Source of the DNA: an uncultured Candidatus Saccharibacteria bacterium
GTDB taxonomy: Bacteria; Patescibacteriota; Minisyncoccia; Phycocordibacterales; CAIZLB01
Length of the DNA: 64,000 nt
Assembly (NCBI GenBank): GCA_964627085.1
Contig: CAZVIP010000001.1
Location: 3,654 to 67,653, forward strand
Direction of reading: 5' to 3'
In this document: one piece after another, positions 20,651 to 31,039 of the stretch
Numbering within the stretch: the stretch's first letter is position 1
Layout: every line of letters starts with the position of its first letter
The notes under the pieces: generated by a model
What the model saw: the letters and a program-made list of their open reading frames with translations, nothing else
Databases searched by the model: none
Told to the model about the DNA's origin: nothing
Position numbers and translations under genes: made by a program

Positions 20651-21712
20651 TTATTTTTTCTTATTATTCTTATTTGGATTCTTTGTGTTTTTCACACTTT
20701 TGGTACTTTTTGCGCTTTTGCTATTTGTAGAAAGCGGCTTTGCCTTAGTCTTTTTAACTTTTTGTTTAATTATTTTTGATTTCTTTGCTACAACTGAACT
20801 TGTTTTTATCTGAGCCAGAGTATGTGACTCAGCATTTAGTTTATTCTTTTTGTCCTGGAGCGAAGTCTTGATGTCTCTGATTTTTTGAATATCCTTAACC
20901 TTACTTTCGCTTATTGTTGGAAGAATAATCGCAGAGCATATGTCCTCGAAACTCTTTGGATCAAAACTTGCTCGTCCAATCAATAAACCATCAACTTCAC
21001 CGTTCCAAATAATATCCTCTGCATTTTCAGCATTTACTGAACCCCCGTAGAGAATCTTTGTTCCTGTTGCAATGGAATCATTATATAAATCTCGGAGAAC
21101 TTTGCGGATATAAATAACCATCTGATGAAGCTCATGTCCTGTGAGAACAACAACATCCTTTTTACCAATAGCCCACACAGGCTCATAAGCAATCACGAGG
21201 TTTGCAAAATCAGTATTAGACATTCGCGAGAGCGAAGACTTAATTTGTCGTTTGATCTCATCTAGGTATAGACCTTCTGCATCTCTCTCGGTCTCACCAA
21301 TACATAAAATAGCATTCATTTTTGTGAGGAGTATCTGACCCATCTTAACGGCAACAATTTCATCTGTATCACCCATAGCACGCCTCTCTGAGTGGCCCAC
21401 GATAGAATAACTAGCACCAATAGAGTGTATGAGACTGGCAGAGACCTCTCCGGTCTTTGACCCCATCTCAAAAAAAGATGCGTCCTGACTACCAACAAGA
21501 GTCGGTGAACCAGCAAATGCTGATTTAAGGATTGAAATCAAGGGGTACGGCGGACAAACCAATACCTGAAGAGAGACATTAGATTTATTTACCTTTTTAT
21601 ATGTCTTTGAAATTGTAGCAAAAGCGACAGCGCGCTTATTGGCCTCAGCAAGAGTGGCTGGCGTCATTTTCCAGTTCGCGACAATAAGTAGTTTTTTATT
21701 TAGTTGTGACAT
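20651..21712 (-). CDS. tpiA: Triosephosphate isomerase with long Lys-rich C-terminal tail
   Basis: ANWKM, GHSERR, AYEPVWAIG, YGGSV, DGLLIGRAS. Confidence 0.96.
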   Translation of the reverse strand: MSQLNKKLLIVANWKMTPATLAEANKRAVAFATISKTYKKVNKSNVSLQVLVCPPYPLISILKSAFAGSPTLVGSQDASFFEMGSKTGEVSASLIHSIGASYSIVGHSERRAMGDTDEIVAVKMGQILLTKMNAILCIGETERDAEGLYLDEIKRQIKSSLSRMSNTDFANLVIAYEPVWAIGKKDVVVLTGHELHQMVIYIRKVLRDLYNDSIATGTKILYGGSVNAENAEDIIWNGEVDGLLIGRASFDPKSFEDICSAIILPTISESKVKDIQKIRDIKTSLQDKKNKLNAESHTLAQIKTSSVVAKKSKIIKQKVKKTKAKPLSTNSKSAKSTKSVKNTKNPNKNNKKK

Positions 21713-21766
21713 GATGGAATTATATCATGTGCAAATTTTGTCGCTGTCCTTGTGTCTCGCTTTTTT

Positions 21767-23551
21767 TTATTGTTCAATCTCCTTCCAAGTATCCACATTC
21801 CAAGCACCAGATGGTCCAGAATCAAATGAAATGTCTGCAAGGCCTGATTCATATGTCACCGTTGCACCGCCTTCCATAATTATCTTATTCGCTACAGCAG
21901 ACTTTGCAGCAAACCCCCCACTAAACTTGATTGTTCCAAATGGTGCCAAAAGCACAACTGAACTTGCGCCTCCTTCAGCAACTACTGTGATACCTGATCC
22001 AGTCTCAGTTTTGTCTGTTATTAGCAAAACATAACTTCCTGACTGACCATTTCCAGTAACCACACCCCCGCCTTGTAGACTTGCAGTATTAGCTACAATA
22101 AATTCATCCCCTGTACCGTATCCAGTAGCAAGCTGTACACGTCCACCTCCTTCTACCTTGAATAAACCAGTCACATATAGCGGACCATTAAGAGTAAGTA
22201 TTGCACCCCCTCCAACAATCAAATCACCGTTAATTTTCATTGGTCCTTGTGTACTTGTTGAGGTATTATTGCCCAAATTCCAAGTTGAATTTCTGACGAC
22301 ACCGGTTGATGCCTCATCTTTCCATGCTTGAATATTGGCAGCTGAAATTGGCATACCGATAGCAGTTGGAAGTGGTTGTGTAAGATTACAAGCCTTATTA
22401 TTTCCAGTTCCAAGCTGACAATAGAGCGCACCACTCACTGTTGAGTTATTTACCGAACCAGCATTGGCACTACCGTTTATTGTCATACCACTGATTGTCC
22501 CAGTTGTCCCAACAGACATTGAGAAAAATACATCCTGTCCACTGGTTGCATCATAATAACTTCCCCATGTTGTACCATTCTTATTCCTAAGCTTGAGCTG
22601 ACCATCAGCATATACACCATTATTTGTAGCAAAAGTATAATAATTCGCATTACTTCCTTGATATTCAATCGTCATCCAATAATCCGTATTTGCAGATATG
22701 GAAGCAGGTGTTGCAGGATAAATTTCAACCCAATCATATGCCGTTGTCACGAGCGAGGCACTCATAGAGCCCGTACCACCAATTTGAGTGGTTCCAACTG
22801 AACCACCACTATTATTGTAAATTTTGAGTGTTGCATTCGCAGGTGCACCAGTCTTTTTTACATAGACATTAAAAGATGAGATCTGTGTTGTTGTAGCGAG
22901 GCGAAATTTTTGGGCAAAGAGCTGGACATTATTTGATTTACCTACATCAATAGTTGTCGTAGGGGTTGATGTAGTACCATTTTGCATGATCGGCGTATCA
23001 CTCAAATATGATGCAACCGTTGCATTTCCAGTGATTGTTGAACCACCCGACGCAGTAATATTTCCATTTGAATATACATTTCCATACACTGTTGGTCCTC
23101 CACTCATTTGAAAACCTCCATTACCAACTTGCAGTCCGAAATTAATTGAGACACCTGTACCTTGTGTGAATCTCGCCCTTGAAGCCCGCTGTGAAGTACC
23201 ATTTTCACCAATTGCAATGATTTGTTTTGAACCACCCACATCAGTAACCTGTGCAGTTGAAGTTGAACCATTTACCGAGAGCACAAGTGTGGCAGGCAAT
23301 GTACGGCCAGAATTAAGTCTATACAGTGCATCATCTTGCAAAATATCCGCGGAGTTTACACTTTTGCGAGCAGAAAGTATTAGATTAGAGTTTTTGATTT
23401 GTGATGCAATTGGTGATGCAATACCAATGACAACTACAAGTGAGAGTACCAAAAAAATCATGACCGTCATCATAATGACTTGCCCGCTTTGTTTGTTCAC
23501 CTTTTGAAGACTCACTCTTTTTCCAAATATGTTTTTTTGCATCTTTTTCAC
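21767..23551 (-). CDS. PilX-like minor pilin / pilus-associated adhesin with Gly/Thr-rich beta-helix-like C-terminus
   Basis: Class III signal KQSG|QVIMMTVMIFLV; located in the pilin cluster. Confidence 0.75.
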   Translation of the reverse strand: MKKMQKNIFGKRVSLQKVNKQSGQVIMMTVMIFLVLSLVVVIGIASPIASQIKNSNLILSARKSVNSADILQDDALYRLNSGRTLPATLVLSVNGSTSTAQVTDVGGSKQIIAIGENGTSQRASRARFTQGTGVSINFGLQVGNGGFQMSGGPTVYGNVYSNGNITASGGSTITGNATVASYLSDTPIMQNGTTSTPTTTIDVGKSNNVQLFAQKFRLATTTQISSFNVYVKKTGAPANATLKIYNNSGGSVGTTQIGGTGSMSASLVTTAYDWVEIYPATPASISANTDYWMTIEYQGSNANYYTFATNNGVYADGQLKLRNKNGTTWGSYYDATSGQDVFFSMSVGTTGTISGMTINGSANAGSVNNSTVSGALYCQLGTGNNKACNLTQPLPTAIGMPISAANIQAWKDEASTGVVRNSTWNLGNNTSTSTQGPMKINGDLIVGGGAILTLNGPLYVTGLFKVEGGGRVQLATGYGTGDEFIVANTASLQGGGVVTGNGQSGSYVLLITDKTETGSGITVVAEGGASSVVLLAPFGTIKFSGGFAAKSAVANKIIMEGGATVTYESGLADISFDSGPSGAWNVDTWKEIEQ

Positions 23552-23569
23552 TTGTTTACAATTAAATAA

Positions 23570-24121
23570 TTACTGATAAGTACCACGTAAAATCACTGTA
23601 CTATAAAAGTTTTTTGAAATTACAGCCGGAGTTGCCTCATCTGATAAAAGACTGAGCTCAATCTTTAATGCCACTGAATTTGAGGTAGTTATTTGATAAA
23701 GAGTAAAACCTATAACCTTCACACTTTCATTTGTGAGAGGCCCTTGATTAATATTATTTTCAGACACATAAAGCTTGTCTCCAGAAACAAAAAATCGAGT
23801 TGTTGTTGATTGGCCAGAGGTCAAATCTGTTGCGATAAACGTCACGGCACCAGGTGAGATTTGAAATGTGGATGATGCCGCATTAATACTATCTGAACTA
23901 CGAGCCACACGTGTGATTCTATCAAGTACAGAAATTGCTGAGTCCTCAATCTCTCTTGTGTTTCGGACGGCTCTATAATTGGTCGTAATCATAAGTACTG
24001 ACTGCACAATTGTCCCGAGAAGCAAAACAAGCATCGACATATATACAAGCAGCTCAATAAGTGACATCCCTCTGATGTATTTAGCTTTTGAGTTTACTTT
24101 TGAGCAGTTTTTCATGTTCAT
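23570..24121 (-). CDS. Type IV minor pilin (PilW-like)
   Basis: RG|MSLIELLV prepilin motif; start moved to ATG 24121. Confidence 0.85.
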   Translation of the reverse strand: MNMKNCSKVNSKAKYIRGMSLIELLVYMSMLVLLLGTIVQSVLMITTNYRAVRNTREIEDSAISVLDRITRVARSSDSINAASSTFQISPGAVTFIATDLTSGQSTTTRFFVSGDKLYVSENNINQGPLTNESVKVIGFTLYQITTSNSVALKIELSLLSDEATPAVISKNFYSTVILRGTYQ

Positions 24122-24125
24122 GTGA

Positions 24126-24605
24126 TTAATTATTGAAAGTTTTGAAGATATATAGATCGACCGATCTTGTGGTTGTCCCAGCTTGCCCAGGCCATGCCAC
24201 ACTGACTGTGGCTCTTCTGCTATTTGTATCTACTGTGCCACCGCTTTCTACCAAATTAAAACTTCCATCTCTATATGCATCTGAATACACGATTGTTCGA
24301 GTAAAAATATCAACAATTTGCGGAGTGGTTGTCGCTGTCCAATTTCCATTTCTCCATCTCAAATAATATGTTGTTCCAACTGTGCTTGAGGCAATGTTTG
24401 ACCATGAGGTATCTCGCATCACTCTCACAGCTTCTACACCCTCTTCGATAAGAAAAGTACTTTGTATCTTCTCAGTATTTTGAAGTGAGATGTCGACCAG
24501 TGATCGATATGCATTAATAATACCGATAATAACTGAACCCATAATCGCAGAGGCGATAATTACTTCAACCATTCCAAAACCTTTTTTATTTTTAAACCGA
24601 TTCAT
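24126..24605 (-). CDS. Type IV minor pilin (PilV-like)
   Basis: KG|FGMVEVII prepilin motif. Confidence 0.85.
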   Translation of the reverse strand: MNRFKNKKGFGMVEVIIASAIMGSVIIGIINAYRSLVDISLQNTEKIQSTFLIEEGVEAVRVMRDTSWSNIASSTVGTTYYLRWRNGNWTATTTPQIVDIFTRTIVYSDAYRDGSFNLVESGGTVDTNSRRATVSVAWPGQAGTTTRSVDLYIFKTFNN

Positions 24606-24613
24606 TATTAGTA

Positions 24614-25156
24614 CTATTGTACCTCAACTAATCCGGTTCCGTATATATTTATCAACTTTTGCTTGTTGGTAATTCCTGTTGATTTGAAAATTATTGTACC
24701 AGTTGCATTTGGTGTACCTGAAATTTTATTAAAATACACATCAACAGCACCACCGGAGAGGTTGATACTATCTACATATGTCCTATTGTTGAATACCTGC
24801 ACGAGATTTGTTGATGAACCGTTTACAAAACTTTTCCCTTGGAAAAGAGTAGCTGTCGTCGAAGCAAAGTGCACACCATAGTTTAGATTTCTTTCACCAC
24901 CAATCGTGAGTGCCTTAGCGCGGATTAATGTACTGACAACATTTTCAACGTCTTTATCGAGCATCTGCTGATTAGTCATTTGCTTAAAGACAGTCATGGA
25001 TAGACTAAGGAGCAATGTCAAAATACCAATTGAAACCAAGATTTCAATCAAAGTAAAACCAGCCATTCCTTTAGGCGTATTTTCGCGAGTACCTTTACTT
25101 ACCTCAACAGTTCCGTTTTTATTCAAATTTTTATCAAAAATAGATAATTTGGTCAT
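24614..25156 (-). CDS. Type IV minor pilin (FimT/GspH-like)
   Basis: AG|FTLIEILV prepilin motif; ...FNKISG...INIYGTG. Confidence 0.85.
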   Translation of the reverse strand: MTKLSIFDKNLNKNGTVEVSKGTRENTPKGMAGFTLIEILVSIGILTLLLSLSMTVFKQMTNQQMLDKDVENVVSTLIRAKALTIGGERNLNYGVHFASTTATLFQGKSFVNGSSTNLVQVFNNRTYVDSINLSGGAVDVYFNKISGTPNATGTIIFKSTGITNKQKLINIYGTGLVEVQ

Positions 25157-25168
25157 TTTACTTATATT

Positions 25169-26371
25169 TTAGAGATTATTCATAACTGAATACATCGGAG
25201 TAATCATCGATACCGCAAAGAACCCAACGGCCGCACCAATAAAGACCATCAAGAATGGCTCGATAATTGTCGATAGATCTTTTGTCTTTTGCTCAACTTC
25301 ATTTTCATAGAATGTGGCCACACCAATAAGCATGGCAGCCAGTTTACCTGTCTCTTCTCCTACACTAATCATTTCACCCACAAAAACCGGATATAGCTTA
25401 TTTTGCTTTGAAAATACCGTAGATAGTGGCTCTCCTTTTTCAACAATTTTTTCAGTCTCTGCTAATACATCCTTATAATATGTGTTTTGCATCACTTCAC
25501 CTGTGATTTTTACTGCCTGTAGCAAATCAACACCTGCAGACAAAAGCGAAGACAGAGTTCTAGTCGTCTGAGCAGCATTTGACTCCTTCAAAATAGGGGC
25601 AACAATCGGTATTCGAAGTACGATAAAGTCAAAAAATCTTTTACCCTTTTTAGTACGCAGAGCATACATAATCAAGACAATCACTCCAATAACCATGAAA
25701 AAAGCCAATATATAGTAATTCTGTAAAAAAGAACTCATGCCCAATACTATTTTTGTAGAAGTTGGAAGCTCCACCTTGAGATCAGTAAATGTTTTTGTAA
25801 GGCCAGGCACCACATATACCATCATGAGGATACCAATAATGGCCATCACTGAGATAATTACAGAGGGATACATCATGGCTCCTTTTACCTTCTTGTGAAG
25901 GGCGAAAGTCTTATCCATCTGAGATGACACATGTTTTAGTGAATCAACAAGGTTTCCAGACTCCTCGCCTGCTCTAACCATTGAGACAAAGAGCTTACTA
26001 AACACCTTTGGATGGGCAGCCAGTGACTCATTGAATGTCTTTCCAGATGAAATAGATGCATTGAGGGTACGGCAGACGGCCTGCATCTTCTGATTTGTAC
26101 TTTGTCTTTCAATTACATTGATTGCCCTTGAGAGCGAAAGGCCGGCTTCGAGCATGTTCCCCACATTTCGGGCAAAAGTAATCTTATCGAGTGTCTTTAT
26201 TCTCGAAAAGAGAGTTATTTGCATAGATCTTTTTTCTTTGGCTTCTTGCACGGTAACCAAAGTCTCACCAGTTTTTTTGAATTCCTGATAGAAAACTGAT
26301 TTATCAGCAACATCCATACTACCCGAAAATCGAGCACCTTCTTTTGTAATTGATGTATAGGCGAATTTCAT
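25169..26371 (-). CDS. pilC: Type IV pilus platform protein (PilC/GspF)
   Basis: AGEESGNL, AMMYP, GEETGKL, IEP. Confidence 0.95.
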   Translation of the reverse strand: MKFAYTSITKEGARFSGSMDVADKSVFYQEFKKTGETLVTVQEAKEKRSMQITLFSRIKTLDKITFARNVGNMLEAGLSLSRAINVIERQSTNQKMQAVCRTLNASISSGKTFNESLAAHPKVFSKLFVSMVRAGEESGNLVDSLKHVSSQMDKTFALHKKVKGAMMYPSVIISVMAIIGILMMVYVVPGLTKTFTDLKVELPTSTKIVLGMSSFLQNYYILAFFMVIGVIVLIMYALRTKKGKRFFDFIVLRIPIVAPILKESNAAQTTRTLSSLLSAGVDLLQAVKITGEVMQNTYYKDVLAETEKIVEKGEPLSTVFSKQNKLYPVFVGEMISVGEETGKLAAMLIGVATFYENEVEQKTKDLSTIIEPFLMVFIGAAVGFFAVSMITPMYSVMNNL

Positions 26372-26419
26372 TTCTAATGTGTATATAGTATATCACCACA
26401 ACACCGCGTGTGCGGAATA

Positions 26420-28171
26420 TTACTCAACAGAAACCACACGCAAAATTTCTTCAATTGATGTGAGGCCTTGTACTGCTTTGAAGATTCCGTCTTCAAACAT
26501 TGTGAGCATGCCTTCTTTGCGAGCTTGTACCTCAATATCATCGCTTGTCTGTCCTTTAATAACCATTTCTTTAATTGCAGGAGAAATTTTGAGTACTTCA
26601 TGTATACCCACACGACTCTTGTACCCATCTTCACTTTCAGCATCAGGTACTGGTTTGTAGAACGGAATGGTTGTCCAGTCTGCATTTTTTTCTACGATAT
26701 TTTCCTCTCTAAGTGCATTCAATATTTTATCCATGTCCACATGTTTTGAAACCTGGGCGAGTTCTTCTTTTGTCAAAATATATTTTTGTTTTGAAGAGTG
26801 CAGTCGGCGCACAAGTCTTTGCGCAATTACCACTCGGAGTGTTGATACAAGAAGAAACGGTTCACATTTCATATCAATAAGACGCGGAATACATCCAGCT
26901 GCAGAGTTGGTGTGCAAAGTTGAAAGTACGAGGTGACCTGTGAGTGCAGCATTGATAGCGAGCGCCGCAGTTTCATTATCTCGAATTTCTCCCACCATAA
27001 TTACATCAGGGTCTTGTCGAAGAAGTGAACGAAGTCCAGAGGCAAATGTAAAACCGATTTCAGGTTTTACTTGAGTTTGATTTACACGCTTCATTTGATA
27101 CTCAACAGGATCTTCAACTGTAGAAATATTTACATCAGGTGTATTTAAAATGTCGAGAGTTGTATAGAGGGTTGTTGTCTTACCAGAACCAGTTGGCCCT
27201 GTTGTCAAAATCATACCGTCAGCGAGATTTGTAGCTTCGTGAATAAGCTCAAGGTTTCGGCCGTGAAAACCAAGTTTTTCAAGGGTAAAACCAGATGCGG
27301 TCTCACGCAAAAGTCGCATAACTGTCTTTTCTCCGAAGTATGTCGGTAGTATCGAAACTCGAAATGAAATCTTTTCGCTGTTGAGTTCGATGCGGAATCG
27401 GCCGTCTTGTGGGAGTCTCTTTTCATCCAATTTCAAATTAGAAAGTACTTTGATACGCGCAGTAATACTGGCACCAACTTTTTTTGGCAATACCATGGCA
27501 TCATGCAAAATACCGTCAATTCGATAACGCACCACGACTTCAAGTTCCATTTGTTCGATATGAATATCAGATGCATCCTGGAGTACTGCATGCTTCAAAA
27601 GTGTGTCGACAATACGAACAACAGGTAAATCCTCCGCAAGTTTTTTCAAATCTTCACCGCTTGCACTATCACCTTCTTCTTGTCTTACTTTTAGATTGCT
27701 CGCCTCTTGTTGAATAATATCTCCGAAGTCTGCCTTGAGTGTTTTTTGATATTGGATTAAAGCAGCCTTCATCGACGCCGTATTTGTCAGTCGAGGTAAA
27801 ATCTTGAGACCTGTTTTCTTTTTTACAAAATCAATAGCAGATAAATCATCTGTATCGAGCATAGCAACTTCGAGTGACTCACCTTTTTTATCGTATGCAA
27901 CAATATTGTGATTTCGTGCAATCGGTTCAGGAATAAGAGAGAGAACTTCAAACTCGAGCTTTTGATTTTTCAAATCAATAAATGGTACACCAAGTAAGTG
28001 TGCGAGTATCCTTCTATAATCATCTTCATTAATTTTTCCACCAGAAATAAGTATGTCCCCTATTTCAGATTTCTTGTCGGTTGCAGTTTGAAATGCAATA
28101 TCAAGATCACTTGCACTAATTAAACCAGATTCGACAAGTGCTTGTTTGAGTTGGGTTGATTCGATGAACAT
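26420..28171 (-). CDS. pilB: Type IV pilus assembly ATPase (PilB/GspE)
   Basis: ASDIHIE, RLPQDGR, GPTGSGKTTT, LRQDPD, GEIRD, TGHLVLSTLHTN. Confidence 0.95.
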   Translation of the reverse strand: MFIESTQLKQALVESGLISASDLDIAFQTATDKKSEIGDILISGGKINEDDYRRILAHLLGVPFIDLKNQKLEFEVLSLIPEPIARNHNIVAYDKKGESLEVAMLDTDDLSAIDFVKKKTGLKILPRLTNTASMKAALIQYQKTLKADFGDIIQQEASNLKVRQEEGDSASGEDLKKLAEDLPVVRIVDTLLKHAVLQDASDIHIEQMELEVVVRYRIDGILHDAMVLPKKVGASITARIKVLSNLKLDEKRLPQDGRFRIELNSEKISFRVSILPTYFGEKTVMRLLRETASGFTLEKLGFHGRNLELIHEATNLADGMILTTGPTGSGKTTTLYTTLDILNTPDVNISTVEDPVEYQMKRVNQTQVKPEIGFTFASGLRSLLRQDPDVIMVGEIRDNETAALAINAALTGHLVLSTLHTNSAAGCIPRLIDMKCEPFLLVSTLRVVIAQRLVRRLHSSKQKYILTKEELAQVSKHVDMDKILNALREENIVEKNADWTTIPFYKPVPDAESEDGYKSRVGIHEVLKISPAIKEMVIKGQTSDDIEVQARKEGMLTMFEDGIFKAVQGLTSIEEILRVVSVE

Positions 28172-28559
28172 GTATTGCAGATATTATACAACTATCCATA
28201 AAATAAAACTAAATTAAATTTGAAAAATCTGTTGAAAATTTTACTACCTTTGCTTAAAAATTATCAACAGCACCAGTCGCTAGATATGTACAAACATATA
28301 TGAGAGGAATATAATTACAGTGGTTGGTCCTTTTGCACCACAGCTACGTGCATTTTTCTCTCAGCTACATGGGATGAGTGAGAATTAGTTAGTGAGTTTG
28401 CTCAGATAAAAAACCAAATACATACACCCGGCATTCGTGAATCCGTCTTGCCAACGGCCAGTCTTCCCACACTCGTACCATACAAGTGTGGAGACCAAAC
28501 CCTCGCGGCCGCCCTATGAAACTGACAATTTCTAAGGGCGGCCTTTCCATTTTATAGAT

Positions 28560-28632
28560 TTGACACCCCAAGCCAAAAAACATACTATATATAGCGTGAA
28601 TGGTTCGCCCGAAAGGCGGGCCAAATTTTTTA
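28560..28632 (+). promoter_or_regulatory. sigma70 promoter plus leader hairpin upstream of nusA
   Basis: TTGACA(28560)-17-TACTAT(28583); GC hairpin TGGTTCGCC-CGAAA-GGCGGGCCA followed by a T-run. Confidence 0.6.
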
Positions 28633-28789
28633 CCCAAAAAATCCCGAAATCCAGCGTAAAACCAGCAAAATCTGCCAACACACAGCTAGAAAACCCTTAT
28701 TTTGGGCCAAAAAATGAATAAAATCACAATTTAATATCAAATCTCTGGCCACATGCCAAAGATTTAACGATTTATAACAAAAAAAACAC

Positions 28790-30052
28790 ATGTTTGATCT
28801 CAAAGTTATACATTCAGTGCTAGACCAGCTCGAAGAAGAGCGAGGTATTCCAAAGGAAAAAATCATCGAGGCCATCGAAATGGCCCTTGCAACAGCCTAC
28901 AAGAAAGAATACGGCCGAAAAGGCCAGTATATTAGGGCTTCTTTTGATATTACATCAGGAGATACTCATTTTTATCAGGTCAAAACAGTAGTTGACCCTT
29001 CTTCAGTCATTTATGAAAAAGAGACTACAGAAGAACGCGAAAAAGCTGAAAATGACTCTAAAAATAACGCCGAAAACGCAGAATTAGGCGAAAAAATCTT
29101 CTTTAACGAAGAACAGCACATTTTGATTGACGATGCTCGAAAAATCAAAAAAGACATCAAAGTAGACGATGAACTCGTATTTCCACTAGAAGCAAAGGAT
29201 GATTACGGACGAATCGCTGCCCAGACTGCTAAGCAGGTTATTATCCAGAAGATCCGCGAAGCTGAGAAAGTTTCAGTTCTTGGTGAATTCGGCAAAAAAG
29301 AAGGCGAAATTGTCTCAGGAACAGTCGAAAGAGTGGAAAGAGGCAATATTTACATCAATATGGGCCGAGCCGTCGGTCTTCTCCCTTATGATGAACAAAT
29401 CCAAGGCGAACACTTCAAGCAGGGTGAGAGAGTCCGAGCCGTCCTCCTACGCGTAGACGAAACTCCACGAGGTATTTACCTTAGAATGTCACGCTCTAAT
29501 CCAAAATTCTTGAGTGAACTCTTTAAAACAGAAGTACCAGAAATTGCAGGAGGTGTTGTCGAAATCAAATCTGTTGCACGAGAAGCAGGTGCGCGATCAA
29601 AAATCGCCGTATATTCAAGTGATGACCATGTTGACCCAGTTGGTTCTATGGTTGGATCAAGAGGTGTACGAGTAAACACAGTTTCAAGCGAGCTTGGTGG
29701 TGAAAAAATCGATATCATCGAATGGCATGAAGATCCTGCTAAATTTATCAAAGAATCACTCCAGCCAGCAAAAATTGTCAGCATCAATGTAAATGAAAGT
29801 GACAAGATGGCCATTGTTGAAGTAACAGAAGACCAGCAATCACTCGCAATCGGCAAAGGCGGACAGAACGTTCGACTTGCAGCAAAACTCACAGGATGGA
29901 GAATTGACATCCGATCAGTCAAAGGCGAAGTCCTCGCAGATGCAGAAGGTGAAGACGAAGACAATCTCAAAATAGATGAAAGCGATTTCAAGGATATTTC
30001 AAATCTAAATATCGCTGACGACGTTGCGCCAGAATTTCGAGATAAAGAATAA
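28790..30052 (+). CDS. nusA: Transcription termination/antitermination factor NusA
   Basis: GRIAAQTAKQVIIQKIREAE, AREAGARSKIAV, SLAIGKGGQNVRLAAKLTGW. Confidence 0.98.
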   Translation: MFDLKVIHSVLDQLEEERGIPKEKIIEAIEMALATAYKKEYGRKGQYIRASFDITSGDTHFYQVKTVVDPSSVIYEKETTEEREKAENDSKNNAENAELGEKIFFNEEQHILIDDARKIKKDIKVDDELVFPLEAKDDYGRIAAQTAKQVIIQKIREAEKVSVLGEFGKKEGEIVSGTVERVERGNIYINMGRAVGLLPYDEQIQGEHFKQGERVRAVLLRVDETPRGIYLRMSRSNPKFLSELFKTEVPEIAGGVVEIKSVAREAGARSKIAVYSSDDHVDPVGSMVGSRGVRVNTVSSELGGEKIDIIEWHEDPAKFIKESLQPAKIVSINVNESDKMAIVEVTEDQQSLAIGKGGQNVRLAAKLTGWRIDIRSVKGEVLADAEGEDEDNLKIDESDFKDISNLNIADDVAPEFRDKE

Positions 30053-30074
30053 TTATTAAAATTACATATCACAT

Positions 30075-31022
30075 ATGATTAAAGTTTTTGGTCACATATC
30101 ACCAGATACAGATGCAACAGTGAGTGCGATTTTGTGGGCTTGGTATTTGAATACCTACAAGGCACAAAAAGCTGAAGCCTTCGTACTAGGTAGTCTCAAC
30201 AAAGAAACATCATTCGTTCTTCACAAATGGAATATTCCTGAGCCAACTTTGCTCGACCGTGATCTCACAAAAGATGATCAGGTTGTCATTGTAGACACAA
30301 ACAATCCAAAGGAACTTCCAGACACAATTGGTGAAGCAGATATTATTCAAATCATCGATCACCACATGCTTGTAGGAGGGCTTTCTTCACGAAAACCTAT
30401 CCCTGTAACAATCGAACCAGTCGCATCAACCGCAACTGTCATGTTTGATCTCATGAACTCACATGTAGGATCTGAGCGAGCAGGAGGTGAAATTGATTTA
30501 CCAACTGATATTGCAGGATTACTTCTTTCATCAATACTTTCTGACACATTGGCATTTCGATCGCCAACAACAACGCCAAAAGATAAAAGTGTTGCAGATA
30601 GCCTTGCAAAGAAACTCGGCCTCGATATCGAAACATATGCAAATGAAATGTTCGCTGCCAAATCTGATATTTCAGATTTCACAGACAAAGGACTCCTTCA
30701 CCTTGATAGTAAGAAATTCGAGCTCGGCGACAAAAGTGTCAGAGTTTCAGTTATCGAAACAACAAATCCCGAAACAGTACTCGCTCGCAAAGACACAATT
30801 GTGCAAGCAATAGAGGAAATTAAGCAGGAAGAAAGCGACATTACAGACATCTTGTTTTTCGTTGTAGATATCCTCAAAGAAGAAGCAACCGTGTTCACAT
30901 ACAATCAATTCACAAAGGACGTCATCACACATTCTTTCGGAGTTGCAGTAGACGGTGACACACATATTCTTCCAGGAGTAGTTTCACGAAAGAAGCAAAT
31001 TATCCCTTCACTCAAACTTTAA
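30075..31022 (+). CDS. ppaC: Mn-dependent inorganic pyrophosphatase (family II)
   Basis: GHISPDTD, IDHH, SDTL.F.SPTTT, VVSRKKQIIP. Confidence 0.93.
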   Translation: MIKVFGHISPDTDATVSAILWAWYLNTYKAQKAEAFVLGSLNKETSFVLHKWNIPEPTLLDRDLTKDDQVVIVDTNNPKELPDTIGEADIIQIIDHHMLVGGLSSRKPIPVTIEPVASTATVMFDLMNSHVGSERAGGEIDLPTDIAGLLLSSILSDTLAFRSPTTTPKDKSVADSLAKKLGLDIETYANEMFAAKSDISDFTDKGLLHLDSKKFELGDKSVRVSVIETTNPETVLARKDTIVQAIEEIKQEESDITDILFFVVDILKEEATVFTYNQFTKDVITHSFGVAVDGDTHILPGVVSRKKQIIPSLKL

Positions 31023-31039
31023 AATAATCCCCCACACCC

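Noticed and set aside
28420-28555. RNase P RNA (GGAAAGGCC on the minus strand resembles GAGGAAAGUCC)
   Set aside because: The segment pairs locally in a hairpin, and the matching 3' P4 motif is not present in the right orientation.
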